In this document: positions 24,652 to 32,000 of the stretch, one piece after another
Numbering within the stretch: the first letter of the stretch is position 1
Layout of the letters: each line of letters opens with the position of its first letter
Assembly: GCA_964432405.1 (NCBI GenBank)
Contig: CAYSNH010000003.1
Coordinates: forward strand, 1-32,000
Direction of reading: 5' to 3'
Length of the DNA stretch: 32,000 bases
Source: an uncultured Candidatus Saccharibacteria bacterium
Lineage (GTDB): Bacteria > Patescibacteriota > Minisyncoccia > UBA6257 > UBA11618
Notes under the pieces: model-generated
Database searches by the model: none
What the model was told of the DNA's origin: nothing
The model's input: only the letters and a program-made list of their open reading frames with translations
Translations under genes and position numbers: made by a program

Positions 24652-26778
24652 TTATTCCAAATGGATCTGGTTTTGGAACTGTTCAAGCTTTTCTTTAAGC
24701 GTGAGATCTTTTTCTAATTCCGGATCTTTTTTAATAATCATTTCTGCAGTTTCACGAGCAGCTTTTGTTAGCTCCATATTATTAAGAGCATTCATCGCTA
24801 AGTCAGGTAGACCAGTTTGACTGTGACCCAAGAATTCTCCTGGTCCTCTAATCTCCAAATCTTTTTCCGCTAATTCAAAACCATTCTTAGCCTCTACCAA
24901 AGATTTTAATCTTTGCTTAGCATTGCTTGATGAAGAGCTGGTGAATAGAAAGCAGAATGATTTATGCTCACCTCGACCAACACGGCCTCTGAATTGATAA
25001 AGTTGAGCAAGGCCAAATCTTTCAGCTCCTTCGATCATCATAATAGTGGCGTTAGGAATATCGACACCAATTTCAATTACCGAAGTCGATACCAAAATAT
25101 TAATTTTGTTTTTAGAGAACTCGCTCATGATCTCGTTTTTCTCTGCTCCTTTCATTTTTCCATGAAGCATTCCCACTACTAAATCAGGAAAAATATTTTT
25201 AGTTAAATTTTCAAACTCATCTTTAACTGCCTTTACATCATTCCACATCATTTGTTGTGCGGTACCACCTTCTTTTTCACTAGCCTCTATTCGAGGGCAG
25301 ATCACAAAAGCTTGGCGACCCTCTTTGACTTGTTCCCGGATAAATTCATAAGACTTCTTCCTATTAGAAGGAGCCACTATTTTGGTAGTTATCGATTGAC
25401 GGCCTTTAGGCAGTTCGTTGATAATTGATAAATCCAAATCTCCAAAAATAGTTAACGACAAGGTTCGAGGAATAGGAGTAGCGCTCATAGAAAGGAAGTG
25501 AGGAAAGAGATCTTTTTTGTCAGCTGCAAATTTAGCTCGCTGCTTAACTCCAAAACGATGTTGTTCATCAATAATTGCCAGGGCCAGATTTTTAAACTGA
25601 ACATCTTTTTGAATAACAGCGTGGGTGCCGATAATAATCTTAATATCTCCCTTGCCAATTTCTTTAACAAGTTCAGCTTTCTTCTTTTTTGTTTCTAAGC
25701 CCTCACCAAAAAAACAACTCGCTTCATTACCAGTTAAAATTCCAACATTTAATTCCCAGTCACTAACTAAAGAAGCAAAGAGGTTGGTGATTGTTTTATA
25801 ATGTTGTTTTGCTAACACCTCAGTTGGTGCCATGAAGACTACCTGGTATCCCTGTTTGGCGGCCAAGAGAGCGGCGATAGCCACAACCACAGTCTTACCC
25901 GATCCAACGTCTCCTTGGAGAAGGCGATTCATTGGTTGGCCTTTGCGCAAGTCATCTAAAATCTCCGTCAAACTTTTTTGTTGAGGGCTGGTAAGTTCAA
26001 AAGGTATGGAGGTGATCGCTTCACCTAAATCTATTTTAGAAAAATCTATAGCCGCCGCTTTTTCTTTAGCAAGTTGAGAGCGGACTCGTAGGTTGTTTAG
26101 TTGTAATAGGAAGAGGTCTTCAAAAGCAAAGCGCTTTTTACATCTACTAGCCTCTTCTAAAGATTCGGGAAAATGAACTATGCTAAGAGCCTTGTTAATT
26201 TCTGGCAAATCATTTTCTTTGAGTGCTGCTTGGGGAATAAATTCATCAATAGGCGTGAGGTTTTTAAGAATAATTTTAATTAAATATCTTAAACCCCTAG
26301 AGGTTAGACCTTTGGTTTCGGGGTAGACAGGAATGAGACCAGCGGTATGACTTTCTTCTTTATCACGAGCACCTGAAAACTCGTAAATTGGATTTGAGAA
26401 ATAAATATCATTCTGAGAAGAAGATATTTTACCAGCAAAATTTACCACCCTTCCAGGTGCCAGGACTTTAGATAGGTAGGGTTGATTAAACCAGATAGCT
26501 TTAATGGAGCCAGTGTCGTCAGCGATAATAGCTTCAACAATAATCATCTTTCTTCTCCAAGTTCTTCGAGAGCTAATATTTTTTATCTGTCCTTGGACCG
26601 TTGCTATTTGGTCGGGTTCTAGATCACAAATATTAGCTATCTGAGAGAAGTCGTCGTAACGAGAAGGAAAGTGCCAGAGGAGATCTTTGACAGAGATTAT
26701 TTTAAGTTTCTGCAGGCGTGTTAAAAAACGCTTATCGATCCCTTTAATTTTTGCTAATTCATTTTTTAGGCGAACCAT
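24652..26778 (-). CDS. recG: ATP-dependent DNA helicase RecG
   Basis: 708 aa. Wedge/OB N-terminus, Walker A GDVGSGKT, DEQHRFGV, QLYQFRGRVGRG. Confidence 0.93.
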   Translation of the reverse strand: MVRLKNELAKIKGIDKRFLTRLQKLKIISVKDLLWHFPSRYDDFSQIANICDLEPDQIATVQGQIKNISSRRTWRRKMIIVEAIIADDTGSIKAIWFNQPYLSKVLAPGRVVNFAGKISSSQNDIYFSNPIYEFSGARDKEESHTAGLIPVYPETKGLTSRGLRYLIKIILKNLTPIDEFIPQAALKENDLPEINKALSIVHFPESLEEASRCKKRFAFEDLFLLQLNNLRVRSQLAKEKAAAIDFSKIDLGEAITSIPFELTSPQQKSLTEILDDLRKGQPMNRLLQGDVGSGKTVVVAIAALLAAKQGYQVVFMAPTEVLAKQHYKTITNLFASLVSDWELNVGILTGNEASCFFGEGLETKKKKAELVKEIGKGDIKIIIGTHAVIQKDVQFKNLALAIIDEQHRFGVKQRAKFAADKKDLFPHFLSMSATPIPRTLSLTIFGDLDLSIINELPKGRQSITTKIVAPSNRKKSYEFIREQVKEGRQAFVICPRIEASEKEGGTAQQMMWNDVKAVKDEFENLTKNIFPDLVVGMLHGKMKGAEKNEIMSEFSKNKINILVSTSVIEIGVDIPNATIMMIEGAERFGLAQLYQFRGRVGRGEHKSFCFLFTSSSSSNAKQRLKSLVEAKNGFELAEKDLEIRGPGEFLGHSQTGLPDLAMNALNNMELTKAARETAEMIIKKDPELEKDLTLKEKLEQFQNQIHLE

Positions 26779-26822
26779 TCCGAGGGCTTCAATAAAATAA
26801 ACTATTAATTAATAATGCGCTG

Positions 26823-26894
26823 TGCCTCGTGTAGGATTCGAACCTACAACCGTCTCCTTAAGAGGGAGCTGCTCTGCCGTTGAGCTAACGAGGC
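26823..26894 (-). tRNA. tRNA-Lys (anticodon CUU), no CCA
   Basis: Acceptor GCCTCGT/ACGAGGC, anticodon loop CTCTTAA, T arm GTAGG-TTCGAAT-CCTAC. One G-A mismatch at the top of the anticodon stem. Confidence 0.85.
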
Positions 26895-26906
26895 TTGATC
26901 TGCAAT

Positions 26907-26933
26907 ATTATACCACAAAAAAATAATTTACAA
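26907..26933 (-). promoter_or_regulatory. tRNA-Lys promoter, extended -10 TGTGGTATAAT with TTGTAA -35 (15-nt spacer)
   Basis: Minus-strand TATAAT at 26907-26912, preceded by TGTGG. The tRNA 5' end lies 13 nt downstream of the hexamer. Confidence 0.5.
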
Positions 26934-26934
26934 C

Positions 26935-26964
26935 AAAAAAAAGAGTGGTCTCGAGAGACCACTC
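26935..26964 (-). terminator. Terminator of the 157-aa gene
   Basis: Stem GAGTGGTCT/AGACCACTC followed on the minus strand by an 8-nt U-run. Confidence 0.7.
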
Positions 26965-26971
26965 CTTGGAG

Positions 26972-27445
26972 TTAAGTAAAGACGTAGATCCGTTGTGAAG
27001 CCAAGTCAAGTTCAAGTTCACTTTCCCTTATTTGAAAGTGACTATCGATCATTGAGTAAAGACATGCAACAGCTTTCTCCGCCTGACCAGGCTTAGTTAG
27101 CAATGCGCTCATGACGACCACGGTACTCATGTTTTCTTCAGGTAATTGAAGAGCTTTATCTTCAACAAAAGGGTCGACTCGTAAGAAGTAGATGATGCCA
27201 ACATTCCCCTTCACAATAATGATTGCAAAGTCGCGATGCTGAAGTTTTTCAACTTCAAAAAAAGGATAGTCAGCAGGATCACCCAGCCTTTCGAAAACCA
27301 GGTTGCCGGCAAAGATCTCCGGCAACGTAAAGTTCTTTGGCTCCAGCTGACTTTTCAGCCTTTCGTTTTCTTCCTGAAGCCTTTCAACCTTCTTCTGAAG
27401 ATCAGATATCAACTCTTCAGCCGACATGCTAAGAGGACTTGTCAT
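26972..27445 (-). CDS. Hypothetical protein with N-terminal coiled coil, 157 aa, GC-rich
   Basis: Heptad-like AEELISDLQKKVERLQEENERLKSQLE followed by a globular domain. SD AAGGGAAG, own promoter and terminator. 32/60 GC in 27061-27120. Confidence 0.65.
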   Translation of the reverse strand: MTSPLSMSAEELISDLQKKVERLQEENERLKSQLEPKNFTLPEIFAGNLVFERLGDPADYPFFEVEKLQHRDFAIIIVKGNVGIIYFLRVDPFVEDKALQLPEENMSTVVVMSALLTKPGQAEKAVACLYSMIDSHFQIRESELELDLASQRIYVFT

Positions 27446-27475
27446 TTCTTCCCTTTACTGTTTTAAAGAACCTTT

Positions 27476-27504
27476 TGTTTATTGTTTACATCAACAATAA
27501 AACA
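27476..27504. promoter_or_regulatory. Inverted repeat in the 5' leader of the 157-aa gene (operator or RNA hairpin)
   Basis: TGTTTATTGTT-tacatc-AACAATAAAACA, 11 bp with one bulge, lying between the -10 box and the SD. Confidence 0.35.
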
Positions 27505-27511
27505 TGCTCAT

Positions 27512-27540
27512 ATTAAAGCACATTTTTACTTTATAGTCAA
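27512..27540 (-). promoter_or_regulatory. Promoter TTGACT-17-TTTAAT for the 157-aa gene
   Basis: Minus-strand hexamers at 27535-27540 and 27512-27517. Confidence 0.45.
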
Positions 27541-27565
27541 TAAATTAGAGCCATATCACTTCTTG

Positions 27566-27637
27566 TGCGCCTGGAGGGATTCGAACCCCCAACGGCTGAT
27601 CCGAAGTCAGCTGTGATATCCATTTCACCACAGGCGC
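27566..27637 (-). tRNA. tRNA-Arg (anticodon UCG), no CCA
   Basis: Acceptor GCGCCTG/CAGGCGC, D stem GTGA/TCAC, anticodon arm GCTGA-CTTCGGA-TCAGC, T arm GGGGG-TTCGAAT-CCCTC. Confidence 0.88.
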
Positions 27638-27686
27638 AATGCCTAAAATATAGCTTTTTAGAGTTAAAAATGCAATTATTAAGCAT

Positions 27687-29141
27687 ATGAAATATACCTT
27701 TCCAGATGAGGTTCAAAAAGTAGCAGGATTGCTGGTAGCTAATCATTTTGAGACCTATCTAGTTGGTGGCTGTGTTCGTGACTTGTTAATAGGAATAGAG
27801 CCCAAAGATTGGGATATTACCACCAACGCTCGACCAGATCAGATTCAAAAAATCTTTCCTAACAGTATTTATGAAAATGAATTTGGTACGGTAGCAGTTA
27901 AAACCGAGGCTGAAGATCCTAAGCTAAAAGTCATTGAGATTACCACTTATAGAAAAGAGGGTCGGTATACCGATAAACGTCATCCCGACGAGGTTAAATT
28001 TTCTGACAAGATTGAAGATGATCTCGCTAGGCGTGATTTTACCATCAACGCCATCGCACTTAATCTATCAGGCGAGTTTGTTGATCCTTTTGGTGGTCAG
28101 AAAGATATAAAGGCTAAGATAATTAAAACTGTTGGTAAGGCGACCGAGAGATTTGATGAAGATGCTCTTCGCTTAATGAGAGCTGTTCGTTTAGCTGCTG
28201 AATTAGATTTTGAAATAGAGAAAAAAACCGCTACCGCTCTTAAAAAACAATCAGGATCACTAGAAATGATCGCTAATGAGAGGATTAGAGATGAGTTTTC
28301 CAAAATGATTATGGCTGCTAAGGCGGCTGATGGTATTAGGTTGTTGGCTGAGACCGGTTTGCTGAAGCATATTATGCCTGAGTTAGAGCAGGGTATTGGC
28401 GTTGGTCAGAATAAGCATCATATTTACACCGTCTTTGAACATAATGTTAAAGCTTTAGAATATTCGGCTGGCAAGAACTATTCTCTTATAGTTCGCTTAG
28501 CTTCTTTATTGCATGATGTAGGGAAGCCTAAGACTAAGAGAGGTGAGGGTCCAGACAGCACTTTCTATAATCACGAGGTAGTTGGGGCTAAAATGACCCT
28601 TAAGATGCTTGATAAACTACATTATTCCAAAAAAGTTGTTGAAAAGGTTACTCATCTAGTTCGCTCTCACCTCTTCTACTACAACGTTGGCGAGGTAACT
28701 GAGGCTGGGGTGCGTCGTTTCTTGCGACGAGTGGGGCCAGAAAACATTCCTGATTTAATAAAGGTTAGAGAGGCGGATCGGATTGGCTCAGGTGTTCCTA
28801 AGGCGGTGCCTTATAAGATCCGCCACCTTCTCTTTATGATTGAAAAAGTTAAAAAAGACCCCATCGACTCCCGAATGTTAAAGATTGATGGTAGTGATGT
28901 GATGAAATTAGGTAAGTTAGAGCCAGGACCTAAGATTGGTCAGATATTAGCCATTCTTTTAGAAGATGTACTTGAAGATCCTAAGAAAAATAATGATAAG
29001 GCCCTTACTAAAAGAATCAAAGAGCTGAATAAATTGTCTGAAAAAAAACTGCAAGCAATGACAGAAAAAGCTAAAGAAAGAAAAAATGAATTTGAGAGTG
29101 GCTTGGAGCAAAAAATCAAGAAAAAATTCTACATAAAATAG
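27687..29141 (+). CDS. cca: CCA-adding tRNA nucleotidyltransferase with HD domain
   Basis: GGCVRDLLIG..DWDITT nucleotidyltransferase head, RRDFTINA, and an HD region (LLHDVGKP). Confidence 0.88.
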   Translation: MKYTFPDEVQKVAGLLVANHFETYLVGGCVRDLLIGIEPKDWDITTNARPDQIQKIFPNSIYENEFGTVAVKTEAEDPKLKVIEITTYRKEGRYTDKRHPDEVKFSDKIEDDLARRDFTINAIALNLSGEFVDPFGGQKDIKAKIIKTVGKATERFDEDALRLMRAVRLAAELDFEIEKKTATALKKQSGSLEMIANERIRDEFSKMIMAAKAADGIRLLAETGLLKHIMPELEQGIGVGQNKHHIYTVFEHNVKALEYSAGKNYSLIVRLASLLHDVGKPKTKRGEGPDSTFYNHEVVGAKMTLKMLDKLHYSKKVVEKVTHLVRSHLFYYNVGEVTEAGVRRFLRRVGPENIPDLIKVREADRIGSGVPKAVPYKIRHLLFMIEKVKKDPIDSRMLKIDGSDVMKLGKLEPGPKIGQILAILLEDVLEDPKKNNDKALTKRIKELNKLSEKKLQAMTEKAKERKNEFESGLEQKIKKKFYIK

Positions 29142-29153
29142 CCTTTTTTACAA

Positions 29154-29180
29154 AACAGATTCTCTCCAGAATCTGTTTTT
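29154..29180 (+). terminator. Rho-independent terminator after cca
   Basis: 10-bp stem AACAGATTCT/AGAATCTGTT with a CTCC loop, then TTTTT. Confidence 0.7.
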
Positions 29181-29209
29181 GTTTTCCACATTAATAGAAG
29201 GCACTTAGA

Positions 29210-29218
29210 TGGTATAAT
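29210..29218 (+). promoter_or_regulatory. Extended -10 promoter element TGGTATAAT
   Basis: Perfect TGnTATAAT 38 nt upstream of the ATG at 29257. The -35 is weak. Confidence 0.45.
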
Positions 29219-29256
29219 TAAAGCAGTGAAAATAAGTCTTCCAAGAAGACAATTTT

Positions 29257-32000
29257 ATGTTGAATAAGCAGAGATTTAAAAATATTGTTCTCGCTGTTTT
29301 TGCAGTATTATTTTTATTAGTTTTGTATACCAATTTTTCTGATAGACCAAGTATTTTTTCTTTGATCAATGATAGATTTTTAGCTGGCCATTCTTCACCG
29401 GGTTGCATTCCTCTTGTTACCGATGGAATTAATCCTGCTGGTGGTGATACGGTTACCTCTACTAATTTTAATTTTGTAATGACTTTTGATGGGCATGATA
29501 TAGACCCTTTCACGCCAGCTCCATTTGTTACACTAACTGACGCAACTCCTGGATCTTCAGTTACATACCAGTGTTGGGCAGGTAGCGGAGGAGGTAGTCC
29601 TGTGGCTTCATTTGATGGAGCTACAGTTACTTGTCCATTCGTTAATGTTGCGGATGGTACTTATAACGTCACTATTGATGAGACAATAATAGGGGAATTA
29701 ACATCAATGGACACTGTTTGTAATACTCCACACACTGGTTTTACAGTCCTCGATGGCGGCGGAAGTGGCGTTGATCCTGGTCCCCCGTGTGAAGGTTGTG
29801 GTAATACTGGCACTCAATTAGAGGTGTATACCTCCGCTTACCGCTGGTATGATAATTCAGACAGAGATAATAATAAGGATGAAGTGGGTGGTAGCTATGG
29901 AAAGACCAACGAGCCTTTTAGCTGTGCTTATCCAGGCATTCCTGTTCAGCTTAGGATCTTAAACCATATCGAAGCAGGGAAATTAGACCAAAATGGCATG
30001 AACCTTTGGACTAAAAAAGTTGAAAGATACAAGCTTAAATATGCTAAGAAAAAAACAAAAGACGAGAGATGTGACAAGGTGGATGATTTTCGTTGGAAGG
30101 ATGTTGGTCTAGCGTCCAATCCTGTTCAAGAAATTAATTATTGGGATAATTCGCATGAACCTGATGGCATTCCACTAGCTGAGGCTTGGGAGGGTGGTGA
30201 AAGAGTTGATCCCGAACATCCAATCTCTAATTCACATAGACGAGTATCACAAGAATACATAGACACAGGTGATGAAGGCGATAAATTCTTCACCAATACA
30301 AAAGGAGCTTGTAATCAGGGCGATGATTGTATGTGGAGTTTTGCCTTGGCTGTTAATAAGAGTGTCACAGAAAAATCCTATTATTGTCTAAAAGAAGTGA
30401 GAAATTATCCAATAGATGGTGATAGCTCTGAAGAGCCTCTCGATTATTATTATCACCTTCAAGGATCGCCAGAATCCTATCCCGAACTATCCACTTGTTC
30501 ATCCAAGAAAGATCTCCAAAAGACAGTTTCTTTACCGCCAACACTAGACTCCGAAGGTGTTACTAGCGATCAGGTGGATAATGAGCAGCTTTTAGCAGAA
30601 CAACAGCTGAATAGGGGGCAACGTAGATATCAAGAGACTCCTTCAAATATTGCTGCCATTACACCTGGTAATAAGGCTACCGACCTTGGTACTAAAAATA
30701 ATCCTTTCAGAAGAGCATATACTAATGCATTTACCACAAGTAACCGATCTAGCTTTGGGTTTAATCCGAATAATAAGGGCGAGGATCTTCTATTAGTAAG
30801 AGGAGATGCTCAGTTTGGAACCGCTACTATAAAAATAAACTCTGATGAAGACACTATCTCATTTGGTGACAGTTCTCCAGGAATAATTTTTGGTAAAGGC
30901 AATAATTCAGAATTTACATTCTATGACGCTGCAAATGCTGATGATAAGAATGGCCAGAACTCATTAATAAAAATTATAGATAATGGATCAACCGCTAATC
31001 TAGATATCAGTGGCGGTTTAATTGTTAACTCTGGAGGCACAAGTGAAAAAGTAATTGTTAATAATAAAAATAAAAAAGCTATTTTCTCAGTTATTACCGA
31101 TCCTAACCCTGGTATGGGTGGAAAGATTGGTTTTGGTACAGATAATCCAACTACCGCAATTGAAGCTGTTTCTAATGGAGGGCTTGCACCGACCTTTACT
31201 TCTTACAACGATCAGTGGTGGACTACCCCCGGTTATATTCTTAGAAAATCTCTTGGCACCAAAGATAATCCTAAAGGCGTGACTGGTAAGACGGAGTATG
31301 ATGACAGTGGCAACCCTACCCGATTTCCAGAGATTGCTGGGCGCCTCTTGTTTCAGGCTAATGACCGGCCTGAAGGTGAGGCTACTGAATTTGTGGACAT
31401 AGCAATGATAACTTCTCAATTAGATGGAGAGGTTGATATTAGCGATGGCAAAAGAATAGTCCCGGGATCTTTGTCCTTCTGGGTTAGGCAAGATGAATCT
31501 AATACAAATTCTAAAGCTATGCAATTAGCTTTATATGTTAATAGTCAGGGTAATATTGGTATTGGTGAATGGGTCCCCACAGTTCGTTTAGAAGTTGCTG
31601 AAAAAGATAAAGAGCCTCAGATAAACCTTACCAGAGGTGACCTTGCTCGTACTACAAGCATAAGTAAGGATGATGTTATCGGTGCCTTAGCTTTTAGGGG
31701 GGATGACAAAGACATTGTTGAAGAGGCTGATAAGTTGGGGGAGAAAACAATTGTGGCTAAAATATCAAGCGTGGCTGAAGCTAACTTTGGTGAGAGTGAA
31801 TCTCCTGGCTCATTAATTTTCTCTACTGGAAACCCTGCTGCAGGTGAGTCTGTAACGGAAAGATTTAGAATTGATAGCGGCGGACATATAACTATTAAGC
31901 CAACTGATCCAGAAGTCATGAAGTCAGGCTATGTTTTAACTGCTATTGATGAGGACGGTAAGGCTGAGTGGAAGGAGGCTGGTGGTGGTGTGGGAGAAGG
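29257..32000 (+). CDS. Very large membrane-anchored surface protein with tail-fibre-like repeats; 5' partial, continues beyond the window
   Basis: I translated an uninterrupted frame from the ATG at 29257 to the window end (914 codons). It is absent from the ORF track because it has no stop. N-terminal anchor IVLAVFAVLFLLVLY, Cys-containing Ig-like region, then repeated G-I/F-G..P..LEV and ERFRIDSGGHITI / GYVLTAIDEDGKAEW motifs. Confidence 0.85.
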   Translation, partial: MLNKQRFKNIVLAVFAVLFLLVLYTNFSDRPSIFSLINDRFLAGHSSPGCIPLVTDGINPAGGDTVTSTNFNFVMTFDGHDIDPFTPAPFVTLTDATPGSSVTYQCWAGSGGGSPVASFDGATVTCPFVNVADGTYNVTIDETIIGELTSMDTVCNTPHTGFTVLDGGGSGVDPGPPCEGCGNTGTQLEVYTSAYRWYDNSDRDNNKDEVGGSYGKTNEPFSCAYPGIPVQLRILNHIEAGKLDQNGMNLWTKKVERYKLKYAKKKTKDERCDKVDDFRWKDVGLASNPVQEINYWDNSHEPDGIPLAEAWEGGERVDPEHPISNSHRRVSQEYIDTGDEGDKFFTNTKGACNQGDDCMWSFALAVNKSVTEKSYYCLKEVRNYPIDGDSSEEPLDYYYHLQGSPESYPELSTCSSKKDLQKTVSLPPTLDSEGVTSDQVDNEQLLAEQQLNRGQRRYQETPSNIAAITPGNKATDLGTKNNPFRRAYTNAFTTSNRSSFGFNPNNKGEDLLLVRGDAQFGTATIKINSDEDTISFGDSSPGIIFGKGNNSEFTFYDAANADDKNGQNSLIKIIDNGSTANLDISGGLIVNSGGTSEKVIVNNKNKKAIFSVITDPNPGMGGKIGFGTDNPTTAIEAVSNGGLAPTFTSYNDQWWTTPGYILRKSLGTKDNPKGVTGKTEYDDSGNPTRFPEIAGRLLFQANDRPEGEATEFVDIAMITSQLDGEVDISDGKRIVPGSLSFWVRQDESNTNSKAMQLALYVNSQGNIGIGEWVPTVRLEVAEKDKEPQINLTRGDLARTTSISKDDVIGALAFRGDDKDIVEEADKLGEKTIVAKISSVAEANFGESESPGSLIFSTGNPAAGESVTERFRIDSGGHITIKPTDPEVMKSGYVLTAIDEDGKAEWKEAGGGVGE

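Noticed and set aside
27537-27746. 69-aa minus-strand ORF
   Set aside because: It overlaps tRNA-Arg(UCG) and the start of cca, and has no expression signals.
29205-31919. Track ORFs 29205-29513(-), 31055-31282(+), 31087-31419(-) and 31617-31919(-)
   Set aside because: All are shadows of the single long plus-strand frame starting at 29257, which the track omitted only because it has no stop codon in the window.

Overview
AT-rich, very compact bacterial chromosome segment. The minimal housekeeping proteins, near-absence of Shine-Dalgarno sites and 2-3 nt intercistronic gaps suggest a reduced-genome CPR/Patescibacteria-like lineage; that placement is inference only. The backbone is core information processing and envelope genes: rel, nusA-hppA-tig-clpP-tyrS, argS-ddl, htpX, infB-rbfA, valS, tsaD, recG, cca. 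There are eight tRNA genes: Gly-GCC, Arg-GCG, Ser-GCU, Cys-GCA, Leu-UAA, Glu-UUC, Lys-CUU, Arg-UCG. A very large membrane-anchored surface protein (more than 914 aa) runs off the 3' end and is missing from the supplied ORF track. Six short GC-rich genes (about 48-58% GC against about 28-40% for the backbone) are scattered through this backbone. Most have their own promoter, a well-spaced SD and a terminator, and several sit beside tRNA genes: a Nudix hydrolase, an 88-aa acidic protein, a Mu Gam-like DNA-end binder, a dCTP-deaminase-family enzyme, DoxX, and a 157-aa coiled-coil protein. The most unusual locus is 23.7-24.1 kb. It is an orphan promoter-to-terminator unit of about 295 nt with no long ORF, transcribed divergently from the dcd-like gene, and it carries both a perfect SD and an exact anti-SD mimic. 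No CRISPR array, rRNA, transposase, integrase or recognisable defence operon was seen.
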